Part shown: positions 9,706-20,707 of the stretch, piece after piece | Layout: each line of letters begins with the position of its first letter | How positions within the stretch are numbered: position 1 is the stretch's first letter | From: an uncultured delta proteobacterium | GTDB lineage: Bacteria; Myxococcota_A; Polyangia; Polyangiales; Polyangiaceae | Assembly (NCBI GenBank): GCA_963841435.1 | Contig: CAWJCS010000002.1 | Coordinates: forward strand, 544,001-608,000 | Length of the DNA: 64,000 nucleotides | Reading direction: 5' to 3' | Translations under genes and position numbers: made by a program | Notes under the pieces: model-generated | What the model was told of the DNA's origin: nothing | Seen by the model: the letters and a program-made list of their open reading frames with translations, nothing else | Database searches by the model: none

Positions 9706-10311
9706 ATGGAAACTTCACGGTGGACCTTCGTGCGTGCTTTGTTGGCGTTTGCCGGGGCCCTGGCCGCCTGTTCCAGCACCGGACACGATCTTGGGGGGGC
9801 AGCGGGGGCGGATGAGACCGCGGGTGGAACGGGCGGGAGCCAAACACCGGGAGGCACCGGAGGTGCGGGAAAGTCGGGGGGCCAAGGGGGCGCCGGGGGC
9901 AGCGACGTTGGCGGCCGCGGTGGCGGCATGGGGGGCGGTACGGCAGGCGGCAGCTCGGGAAGCGCAGGTGCCGACCAGGGCACTGGCGGGGCCGACAATG
10001 GCGGAGCCGACGAGGCGGGCGCGGCGGGAACGGCCGGCGGCGCAGGGCGCGGCGGCGACGCGGGGACCTCCGGGGCGTCCGGAACCGCGGGCAGCGGGGG
10101 CATGGCCGGCGCTGGTGGAGACCCCAGACAGGGCTGCCTTGATTCGGGTGGCAAGGTGGAGTCGGGCTACTGTTGCGAGTCCGTCGATGACTTCGTCGAG
10201 TACTGCTCGGGTGTCATCGGGGCCTGCGGGTGTGGGCCGGCGAACAGCCACGAGGTGATGCTGTGCAGTTGTCCCGACGGGATGTGCTTCGACGGCGAGA
10301 GGTGCCGCTGA
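9706..10311 (+). CDS. Gly-rich lipoprotein with a C-terminal Cys-rich domain
   Basis: Lipobox LAAC, long G/A/S/T linker and a Cys-rich C-terminal ~60 aa; SD AGGAG upstream. Confidence 0.7.
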   Translation: METSRWTFVRALLAFAGALAACSSTGHDLGGAAGADETAGGTGGSQTPGGTGGAGKSGGQGGAGGSDVGGRGGGMGGGTAGGSSGSAGADQGTGGADNGGADEAGAAGTAGGAGRGGDAGTSGASGTAGSGGMAGAGGDPRQGCLDSGGKVESGYCCESVDDFVEYCSGVIGACGCGPANSHEVMLCSCPDGMCFDGERCR

Positions 10312-10383
10312 CGTGAAGCGACTGGATCCCGGTCATGTCAGCCGCGACCGGGCGCCGCCGAAACTTGGCGCTCGGGGCGGCCA

Positions 10384-11355
10384 TTGATCAAATCGGGCGC
10401 CGGCATTTGCGTTGGGCTCGCAGTGAGCGCGCTCGCCGCGACCGCTTGCGCGGATCCGCTCACCTTCACGCTCGCCTACACGGCCAGCACCAGTTGCCCG
10501 CACGAGCGCGACTTCATGCAGCGGCTCCGCAGCCGCACTTCCGCGGCGGAGCGGGTTTCGACCTCCGGCGATGTCGAGGTCGCGGTCAGCATGGAGGTAC
10601 TCGCGGGCGGGGCGCGCGGGTTCATCGCTTGGCGCCGTGGGACCGACCGCACACGCCGCGCGGTCAACGGGGAGAGCTGCTCCGAGGTCGCCTCGGCGCT
10701 CGCGCTGATTCTCGCTCTGGCGCTCGATCCGGATGCCGGCGCGTCGCCGGCGCCGCAGAGCCGCGAACCCGTCGAGCCGAAACCTGCCCCGAGCTCACGT
10801 CAGCCGCTACGAGCCACGGCGCCGGCACCGAGCGCTTCACGCTGGTACCCGATGCTCGGGGTCGCCGCCGGCGCTGCCGGTGGTGTTGCACCCGGACTCC
10901 GTCCGTACGTGGGGGCGCGCGCTGCGCTCGGACGGGACACCGGCGGGCTCTGGGCCCCCCGGGCTCAACTGGCGTTGAGCTATGCACGGGGTACCAGCCG
11001 AACCCCGGCAGGCAGCGCGGTTCTGAGCCTCTGGACGCTGCGCGCTGGACTCTGCCCGGTCAACTTCATCCACGGAGCATCGTTCGTTCGGCCCTGCGCC
11101 ACGTTCGACCTGGGACGTCTGTCCGCCCGCGGCTACGCCACCCGCGATGCGCGCGCTGGCGCCGCCCCGTGGTACGGGCCGGGCCTCGCCCTGGGCGTCG
11201 GACGCCGCGTGCTCGACGCCTGCTTCGTGGAGCTCGAGGGCGGCATGATTGCCCCGCTCGTTCGCGACTGGTTCTACTTCGAGCCGAACGAATCCGCCGC
11301 GCGCATCCCGAAGGTGACTGGGTACTTCGGCGTCGTGTTAGGAGCGGGAGGGTGA
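10384..11355 (+). CDS. Exported protein with a predicted C-terminal outer-membrane beta-barrel (ECF cassette 1)
   Basis: Signal peptide, SCP...C.EVASALALILALALDP domain, Pro-rich linker and amphipathic beta strands; paralogous to 39937..40921. Confidence 0.65.
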   Translation: MIKSGAGICVGLAVSALAATACADPLTFTLAYTASTSCPHERDFMQRLRSRTSAAERVSTSGDVEVAVSMEVLAGGARGFIAWRRGTDRTRRAVNGESCSEVASALALILALALDPDAGASPAPQSREPVEPKPAPSSRQPLRATAPAPSASRWYPMLGVAAGAAGGVAPGLRPYVGARAALGRDTGGLWAPRAQLALSYARGTSRTPAGSAVLSLWTLRAGLCPVNFIHGASFVRPCATFDLGRLSARGYATRDARAGAAPWYGPGLALGVGRRVLDACFVELEGGMIAPLVRDWFYFEPNESAARIPKVTGYFGVVLGAGG

Positions 11356-11897
11356 CGATAGCGTCCTCGTCTCTGGCCGTCGGCGAGCGCCGGTCTGCTC
11401 TCACGCTCGAGATGCTCTTCATCGCGCACTACGCTTGGGTGTGGCGCACGCTCCGGCGTCTCGGCGTGCCGGAGTCGGCCGTCAACGACGCTGCACAGCA
11501 GGTGTTCCTGGTCGCCGACGGCCAGCTGGCCCGTGTGTCGGCGGGCAGGGAACGCGCATATCTCACGGGCGTGGCGCTGCGCGTTGCCGCCAACCTGCGG
11601 CGCGCCGCGAGTCGATGTCGCGAGAGCCCGGACGAGGGAGTCGGCGACGCGGCCGCTGACCTTCGCGATCCCGAACAGCTGCTCGACCAGAAGCAGCGTC
11701 GCGAGCTGCTCGATCGCTGGCTGGATGGACTGCCCCTGGAGCTGCGGGCCCCGTTCGTGTTGTTCGAGCTCGAAGGGTTGGAGCTCAGCGAGATCGCCGA
11801 GTCGCTCGAGGTGCCACTCGGCACCGTGAAGACGCGCCTGCGCCGGGCGCGGCAGCTGTTCTTGGGCCGAGCCACCTCGGAGGGAGGCCATCCGTGA
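11352..11897 (+). CDS. ECF RNA polymerase sigma factor (cassette 1)
   Basis: Region 2 VWRTLRRLGV...DAAQQVF; region 4 LPLELRAPFVLFELEGL..SEIAESLEVPLGTVKTRLRRAR; GTGA overlap with the upstream gene. Confidence 0.92.
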   Translation: MTIASSSLAVGERRSALTLEMLFIAHYAWVWRTLRRLGVPESAVNDAAQQVFLVADGQLARVSAGRERAYLTGVALRVAANLRRAASRCRESPDEGVGDAAADLRDPEQLLDQKQRRELLDRWLDGLPLELRAPFVLFELEGLELSEIAESLEVPLGTVKTRLRRARQLFLGRATSEGGHP

Positions 11898-12727
11898 CCG
11901 ACGATCTGGAGCGCTTGCTGGAAGGAAAGCTCGACGGGAAGGTCCGCCGCGTGCTGGGGGCCGCGCTGCACGACGGACCGTCGCCGGAGAGCCTGCGCGC
12001 GGCCGCGCGAACGCTTGGGCTTTCCCCGGGCGTCGCCCAGCTTGCACGCGCAACGACTGCGCCTCATGCGGCGGTGACCGCCAAGTCGCTCGCGACCTCG
12101 GGCCTGCTCAAGTGGCTCGGGATCATTTTTCTGCTTGGCGGGGTTGCCGTCACTCTGGCCCCCGCTCGCGAGCCGCCTCGCATCACCGTCGCCTCGCGGC
12201 CGCGAGGGGAGCCCCCGTCGCCGCATCCGGATCGGATCGAGCGACGGCGGGCCGTTCCCGCCGTTCCTGCCGAACGTCCGCAGACGGCTGCGCCTGTCGT
12301 GAGCCCAGCGCAGGCGACGAGCGCGACGTCGCTGAGCGACGAAAATTCCGCAACCCAAACCCGCAGAGCCGAGGACCGGTCCAAGGACCCTTCCAGGAGT
12401 CGCGCGCCGGCCCTCGATTCCAACGTCAAAGGCGTCTCGCTCGGAGACGAGACGGCGATGCTCGATCGCGCGCGCCGCGCGCTGCGTGCAGGCGACGCGC
12501 AGGCGGCGCTGGCATCGCTCGAGCGCTACGACGCGGCGCCCTCTCGACACGTGCTCCGCAGCGAGGCTCTGTTACTCCGCGTGCGAGCACTCGCGACGGC
12601 CGGTCGGCGCGCGGAGGCATGTGCTCTCGTCGGCGACGTATCGGACCGCCCGGACGAAAGCTACGCCGAGCAGCTGAAGGCATTCTGCACGGAGCCTCCG
12701 CCCGCGCCGCATGACGAGACAGAGTAG
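11894..12727 (+). CDS. Putative membrane anti-sigma factor with a C-terminal TPR-like helical domain (cassette 1)
   Basis: Coupled to the sigma gene (GTGA overlap); one TM helix (WLGIIFLLGGVAVTL), Pro-rich linker and SLGDETAMLDRARRAL... helical domain. Confidence 0.6.
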   Translation: MTDDLERLLEGKLDGKVRRVLGAALHDGPSPESLRAAARTLGLSPGVAQLARATTAPHAAVTAKSLATSGLLKWLGIIFLLGGVAVTLAPAREPPRITVASRPRGEPPSPHPDRIERRRAVPAVPAERPQTAAPVVSPAQATSATSLSDENSATQTRRAEDRSKDPSRSRAPALDSNVKGVSLGDETAMLDRARRALRAGDAQAALASLERYDAAPSRHVLRSEALLLRVRALATAGRRAEACALVGDVSDRPDESYAEQLKAFCTEPPPAPHDETE

Positions 12728-12840
12728 GGTGCGCACCGTTGAGCTCGGGGTTGTGGCGCCAAAGGTGAAACGAACTGGGAAAGTCGGCAGCGAGCCGGGG
12801 TAGCGGGCCGGCAAGTAAGTAAGAAGAATCGGGATTGTCG

Positions 12841-13099
12841 GCGGAGAGGGAGAGATGACCTGCGGTGCTCGGCCGCTTCGCGGCCTGCGCTCCTCGGGAC
12901 CTTCGTGCGGAAGCGTGCGCTGTCCGCAGCTCGGTGCGCGGCGCGGTCCGTCGATGGGCCGACGGTGCGAACCCTCCACAACGCAGCCCAACGTGCGACG
13001 TGGCCCGTCAGCGGGCCAAGACGGTTCGAATCCCTCCTGGCGGGGTTCGGCGCTTGGAGGCGGAGCGCGGCGGGGTGCGGATTTGTTGCGGAGAGGGAG
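12841..13099. repeat. tRNA 3'-end direct repeat plus an inverted T-arm copy (att-like mini-element)
   Basis: GCGGAGAGGGAG occurs at 12841-12852 and 13088-13099. GGTTCGAATCCCTCC at 13023-13037 is the exact reverse complement of 13096-13110. Confidence 0.65.
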
Positions 13100-13175
13100 G
13101 GATTCGAACCCTCGGTACGGTTGCCCGTACACATGATTTCCAATCATGCACCTTCGGCCACTCGGTCACCTCTCC
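13089..13175 (-). tRNA. tRNA-Ser(GGA)
   Basis: GGAGAGG acceptor stem, anticodon arm CATGA-TTGGAAA-TCATG, long variable arm and GGTTCGAATCC; CCA not encoded. Confidence 0.97.
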
Positions 13176-13290
13176 TGGGGCCGGTCGGCCTCGCGGGGAT
13201 GCGGGGCCGGCCTTCGAACTAACGGGAGGAGCTCGCCTCCTCCCACGCGACGGCGCAGGCGTGCACGCACGCGTCCGCAACCACGCGCGG

Positions 13291-13377
13291 CGGAGAGAGT
13301 GGGATTCGAACCCACGGTACCCTTACGAGTACACCTGATTTCGAATCAGGCACCTTCGGCCACTCGGTCATCTCTCC
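13291..13377 (-). tRNA. tRNA-Ser(CGA)
   Basis: GGAGAGA acceptor stem, anticodon arm CCTGA-TTCGAAA-TCAGG, long variable arm and GGTTCGAATCC. Confidence 0.97.
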
Positions 13378-13479
13378 GCCGCGGACTATGAACGGCGAGG
13401 ATAGGGCTGTCAACGCGCTGAAAATCCTCGGAAAAACCAGGGTTTGCAGGGTGTGGGGGTTCCGCGCGATAGTCGGGGG

Positions 13480-14610
13480 ATGAGAACCGCCGCGGGCGTC
13501 GCCCTCGTTGCCGTGAGCGGCGCTTGGGCCGCGCTGGCATCGGCTCAGAGTGCGCCCGCGCCGAGCTCGCCGCCGCCTGCGGCTGAGCCGACGACGAAGC
13601 CGGCGCCGCCTGCGACGAAGGCACCGTCGGCACCTGCGCCGTCGGCCAGTGCGCCGCCTGCCGCACCCTCCGTTGGCGCGCCGCACGCAGCAGCGCCCGC
13701 ACCGACCACGAGCGCGTTGCCTGCAGGGGAGACGCCGCCGTCGACGCCTCCGACACCGCCACCCGCTGCGACGGCCGCGCCATCTGCCGCGACGACGACA
13801 ACGACGACGGCGCCGGAGCCCGCGGCTCCGCCGCCGCCTGCGACGCCGCCCCCGGTCCCCGCTCCCTCGACCACACCGCCGCCAGCGATGTCACCGGGCG
13901 CGCCGACGAGCGCACCACCGCCCGTGTCCGAGCGCGCGCCGCTGCCGCCGCCGTACGATCCCTGGCAAGACGGGCACGCGCTCGCCGTCGAGCTCGCGCT
14001 GCGGGGCGGCGGGCGGCTCGGTCCGTCGAGCGCAGGCGGAGAAGGGGAGGAAAGGGCCGGGCTCGGCTTTCGGCTCGCGGGGTTCTTCGCGCTGACCCCG
14101 GAATATTCGCTCGGCTTCGGTGTGACGCGCGCGGATCTCGGGCGCGTGCCGACGATCGACGGGCCGTACGCCGTCGATGCGGGCTATGCCGCCACGGCGC
14201 TCGAGCTTGCGGCGCGTGCCTTTCCGTTCCGGCGCTCGGGCATCGACATCTTCCTCGGGCTCCGCGCGGGCCTAGCGTGGCAAGACGTCGATGCGAAGGG
14301 GCTCACGGGCACGGGCGGTTTCACGCCTCCTGTCGTGTTCACTTGCTCGGACGTCTCGGGCCCCGGTTTCGCGCTCGGTGCGGAGGCCGGTGTCGGGCTG
14401 CAGATCACGCGGGCGCTCTGGTTCGATGCGAGCCTCGATTTCGCGGGGTACCGCTTGACGAGTGATCGTGTGGGAACCTGCGTCGGCGGGATCGGCTCGG
14501 TGACGACGCTCGCGCTCGCCGGTGGGCTTTTGTACGCGTTCGATCTCGGGCCGGGGTCGGGGCTTTCGGGCGATCGCTCGGCGAGCGCGCGGTCGCTGCC
14601 GTCGCGCTGA
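13480..14610 (+). CDS. Exported Pro/Ala-rich protein with a C-terminal outer-membrane beta-barrel
   Basis: Signal peptide ending ASA-Q, ~140 aa Pro/Ala/Thr linker and beta strands ending GLLYAFDL. Confidence 0.65.
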   Translation: MRTAAGVALVAVSGAWAALASAQSAPAPSSPPPAAEPTTKPAPPATKAPSAPAPSASAPPAAPSVGAPHAAAPAPTTSALPAGETPPSTPPTPPPAATAAPSAATTTTTTAPEPAAPPPPATPPPVPAPSTTPPPAMSPGAPTSAPPPVSERAPLPPPYDPWQDGHALAVELALRGGGRLGPSSAGGEGEERAGLGFRLAGFFALTPEYSLGFGVTRADLGRVPTIDGPYAVDAGYAATALELAARAFPFRRSGIDIFLGLRAGLAWQDVDAKGLTGTGGFTPPVVFTCSDVSGPGFALGAEAGVGLQITRALWFDASLDFAGYRLTSDRVGTCVGGIGSVTTLALAGGLLYAFDLGPGSGLSGDRSASARSLPSR

Positions 14611-14633
14611 AGACGCTTCGCTAGAACGCGCGC

Positions 14634-17247
<2,614 letters not shown>

Positions 17248-17323
17248 AACGGCCTCGTCGAAGGGCGCCTCGGTCTTTGCGCCCCTGGCAGCGACCACCC
17301 TCGGGTGGTAGGCTCGCCGCCCC

Positions 17324-17716
17324 ATGATTCGCGATGCGACGGATCTCGAGCGGGGGCTCGATCGGCTCGAACGAAAGTACGAGCGGCTGGCGGACGGCAC
17401 CTACCTGGTTTCGGTGGGGCCCGGCCGGCCACTCGTGGGAGTCAGGATGGCGCCGCCCGTGCTCGTCATCCAGGCGGGCGTCGGCAAGGTGACGGCGAAA
17501 GGGCCCGAGCGGCGTGCCGCGCTGTTTCAGCGCCTTCTCGAGCTCAACGCCAAGAGCCTGCTCCACGCGGCCTACGGGCTCGAAGGGGACACCATCGTGA
17601 TTGCCGCGGCACTCGAGCTCGAGAGCGCCGATCCGAACGAGGTCCAGGCCGTGCTCTCGGACATCGACATGGCGCTCGCGGAGCACGTCCCGGCGCTCCG
17701 CGAGCTCGTGGACTGA
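17324..17716 (+). CDS. CesT/YbjN-like (type III chaperone fold) protein
   Basis: LFQRLLELNAKSLLHAAYGLEGDTIV pattern; 130 aa, directly upstream of pspA. Confidence 0.65.
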   Translation: MIRDATDLERGLDRLERKYERLADGTYLVSVGPGRPLVGVRMAPPVLVIQAGVGKVTAKGPERRAALFQRLLELNAKSLLHAAYGLEGDTIVIAAALELESADPNEVQAVLSDIDMALAEHVPALRELVD

Positions 17717-17734
17717 GGAAGGGAGCGGAGGAAC

Positions 17735-18544
17735 ATGGGAATCTTCGCCCGACTGGCGGCGCTCATCAAATCGAACCTCAACGATCTGATCAATCGCTCC
17801 GAGGATCCGGAGAAGATGCTCAATCAGATCGTGCTCGACATGAATCAGCAGCTCATGGAGGCCAAGGGGCAGGTCGCGGCCTCTATTGCCGACGAGAAGC
17901 GGCTCGTGAAGCTCGTGGAGCAGGAAGCCTCCAATGCCGCCGAATGGGAGCGGCGCGCCATGCTCGCCATTCGCGCGAACGACGACTCGCTCGCCAAGGA
18001 AGCGCTCGCTCGGAAGAAGGAGCACGAAACGCTCGCGGCGTCCTACCAGGAGCAGTGGCAGAAGCAGAAGACCGCCGTCGACCAGCTCAAGCTCGCGCTC
18101 CGTGCCCTGAACTCGAAGATCGAAGAAGCCAAGCGCAAGAAGAACCTGCTCATCGCGCGCAAGAAGCGCGCCGAAGCGCAGCAGAAGATCCAGGAGACCC
18201 TGAGTGGTCTTCGCGAGGCGAGCGCGTTCGACACGTTCGATCGGATGGCCGAGAAGATCGATCGCATGGAGGCCGAGGCCGAAGCGCAGGCCGAGCTCCG
18301 CGAGGAAGCGAGCGGCGACGTGCTGGCGCACAAGATCGCGACGCTCGAGGCGACGCACGGCGCCGAGGAAGACCTGCTGGCGCTCAAGCGCAAGATGGGC
18401 CTCGCGCCACCCGAGCCGGCCGCTGCCCGCCCTGCGCGCGTCGAGACTTCGGATGATCTCGACGCCGCCGAGCAGGAAGAGCTCGCGCGCGCTCTTGCCG
18501 AGCTCGACGCGGCGGAGCAGGAGCCGCTCAGGGTCAAGACGTGA
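17735..18544 (+). CDS. pspA: PspA/IM30 family protein
   Basis: MGIFARLAALIKSNLNDLINRSEDPEKML, coiled coil and FDRMAEKIDRMEAEAEA. Confidence 0.93.
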   Translation: MGIFARLAALIKSNLNDLINRSEDPEKMLNQIVLDMNQQLMEAKGQVAASIADEKRLVKLVEQEASNAAEWERRAMLAIRANDDSLAKEALARKKEHETLAASYQEQWQKQKTAVDQLKLALRALNSKIEEAKRKKNLLIARKKRAEAQQKIQETLSGLREASAFDTFDRMAEKIDRMEAEAEAQAELREEASGDVLAHKIATLEATHGAEEDLLALKRKMGLAPPEPAAARPARVETSDDLDAAEQEELARALAELDAAEQEPLRVKT

Positions 18545-20511
18545 GGGCGCAGAGAGCGACGTGTCGCCGAGCGCGGGCGCTCTTTTCGCTCGCGCACCCT
18601 TTGGCGGGCTTTGGCCTGGTGCTCGCTCTGGCCGCGCCGGCGCACGCCGGCGGGCGCACGCTGTACGCCGAGCCGATGGCCGGCGAGAAGATCCGCATCG
18701 ACGGGGATCTGCGCGAGTGGCCGAGCAAGATGACCGAGCTCGGCGACACACTCAGGGGCTCGGTGGCGGGTGGCGAGCCCCACGCGAGCGCCGTGGTCGG
18801 CTACGACGATGCCGCGCTTTACGTCGTGTTGCGCGTGGTCGACAACAAGATCGCGCGAACACCCGCGGCCGGCAACGCCGAGGACCACGCCTCGCTCGTC
18901 CTCGCCTTCCCGAGGGGAAAGACCTACGTCGTGGATCTGTTCCCCGGCTCGCCGGGCAAGACGGCCGGGACGGTGAGGATCAAGGGCTCGACCGTCGCGG
19001 GCGCCAAGCTCGTCGAGGCACCGACGGACAAGGGGTACACGATCGAGGCTCTCGTCCCCTGGTCGGCCTTTCCCGAGGCCCAGCGGCAGCGCGTCGGGCT
19101 GCGCGGTGCCGTGCGCCTGACGGATGCCGACTCCCCGGGCTCGATCAAGGCGGTGATCGGGACTTCCACGGCGAGCGGCGGGCGGGCGCTGCCGCCGCTC
19201 ATGCTGTCGGTCGAGGCCGGTCTCGACCAGCTGCTCGTGCGCGAGAAGGGATTGTCGTCGAACCCCGCGCGCGAGGCGTACGGCAACGTCGCCGGCGACG
19301 GACAGCTCGAGCGCGTCGCGGTGTTCGGACCGTACCTCACGATCGTCGGGCCCAGGTTTCGCGGTGGCAAGGAGTTTTACTTCGGCGAGCTCGGCGTCGC
19401 CGACGCCTCGATGGTGACTCGCCTCGAGCTCGTCGACCTCGACGGTGACGGCCACGCGGAGATCGTGATCCAGAAGCGCTTCGGGGCCAAGGATCGCTAT
19501 CGCGAGGTCTTGCAGGTGATGAAGGTCGGTCGCGACGACACGCCGTTTGCCGCCTTCACGCACGAAGTCGGCATCAAGACACCCGAGGGCCACGTCGCCA
19601 ACAAGGTGTCGCTCCGCGGCGGCGTCATCGAGATTGCGCAAGGCGACGCCGAAGGCTTCGACCCGGCGACGTACGCCGAAACCATGCCGTCCGACATGGG
19701 AGCGGCGCTCCTACCCTGGGAAACCGTGAAGTCCCGCTCGTTCAAGTGGCAGGGCGACGGCTTCAAGCCGGCGGGCGAGACCAGCTGGACACCCAAGGTG
19801 ACGGCAGCGGGGCACGCGAGCGCGCAAGGCGCCCACAAGAAGAGCGCTCCGCGCGCCGCCGAGCCCCCGCCGCCCCGACCGCCGAGCGCCGACGAGCTGC
19901 TCGATCGGCTGTATGCGCTCTACCGGCGCGACCGCAGCGCGAGCGGCAAGCCGCGCTTCGATTTCGTCACGGATGTCGCCGGTGATTCGGGGCCGGAGCG
20001 CGTGCTGGTCCACGATCGGGACATCGTCGTGTTCGGCAAGGGATTCCGTTCGGGTACGAGCTACACGTTCATCACCGTCGGTGTCGCCGACGGTAAGGAC
20101 ATCGTCGATGCGACGGCGCGCGACCTCACGGGCGACGGTAAGGCCGAGGTCATCGTGCGCGGCGTGCTCCACGCCAAGGCGAGCAAGGGCCTCGGTGGCG
20201 GTACCGTCGATCGCTACGCCCTGTTCGTTTATTCCGTTCAGGGAGACAATCTCGTGCGCGTGTTCGCCGCCGAGACGGGGCGCGCCGTCGACGATCAGCG
20301 CGTGCTCGGCAGCGTCGCGTTCTTGCCGGCCGCGCGCGGCGGGAGCCGCATCGAGCTCCGGCCGGGCCGTGCCATCGGCTGGACGGAGAAGACGTACCCG
20401 TTCCCCGCGGACACGACGGCGGCAGGCGGCCTCGAACCGTTGCTGTTGCCGTGGGGCGACGCGTCGCCGCGGCCGTACCGCTTTAGCGGCTCGGCTTTCT
20501 CCGCCGAGTAG
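18541..20511 (+). CDS. Exported protein with a CBM9/DOMON-like domain and FG-GAP-like Ca-binding motifs
   Basis: Signal AHA, IRIDGDLREW...YDDAALYV...GYTIEALVPW, DLDGDGHAEI and DLTGDGKAEV. Confidence 0.6.
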   Translation: MRAQRATCRRARALFSLAHPLAGFGLVLALAAPAHAGGRTLYAEPMAGEKIRIDGDLREWPSKMTELGDTLRGSVAGGEPHASAVVGYDDAALYVVLRVVDNKIARTPAAGNAEDHASLVLAFPRGKTYVVDLFPGSPGKTAGTVRIKGSTVAGAKLVEAPTDKGYTIEALVPWSAFPEAQRQRVGLRGAVRLTDADSPGSIKAVIGTSTASGGRALPPLMLSVEAGLDQLLVREKGLSSNPAREAYGNVAGDGQLERVAVFGPYLTIVGPRFRGGKEFYFGELGVADASMVTRLELVDLDGDGHAEIVIQKRFGAKDRYREVLQVMKVGRDDTPFAAFTHEVGIKTPEGHVANKVSLRGGVIEIAQGDAEGFDPATYAETMPSDMGAALLPWETVKSRSFKWQGDGFKPAGETSWTPKVTAAGHASAQGAHKKSAPRAAEPPPPRPPSADELLDRLYALYRRDRSASGKPRFDFVTDVAGDSGPERVLVHDRDIVVFGKGFRSGTSYTFITVGVADGKDIVDATARDLTGDGKAEVIVRGVLHAKASKGLGGGTVDRYALFVYSVQGDNLVRVFAAETGRAVDDQRVLGSVAFLPAARGGSRIELRPGRAIGWTEKTYPFPADTTAAGGLEPLLLPWGDASPRPYRFSGSAFSAE

Positions 20512-20707
20512 CGCTGGGCGCGCGAGCGCCGAGACGCGTGAAGCAGCGGCGCGACTCCACGTCGCTGGGCGAAGCCGTTGCTTTGGCGCCACTCCAACGT
20601 TCTCATTCCGTACACTCTGCATCTTTCTACGGCGCAGGAGTCACTCCTGATGTTTATCATTTCTGCGCTATGATCGAGCGTGCGCCCTCGCGCATGAAAG
20701 GGATCAG

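Noticed and set aside
12961-13040. A third tRNA on the plus strand around GGTTCGAATCCC
   Set aside because: No acceptor stem, D-arm or anticodon arm can be built, so it is treated as an inverted T-arm copy instead.
17324-17716. Type III secretion system inferred from the CesT-like gene
   Set aside because: No injectisome genes are in the window, and this fold also occurs with PspA independently of T3SS.
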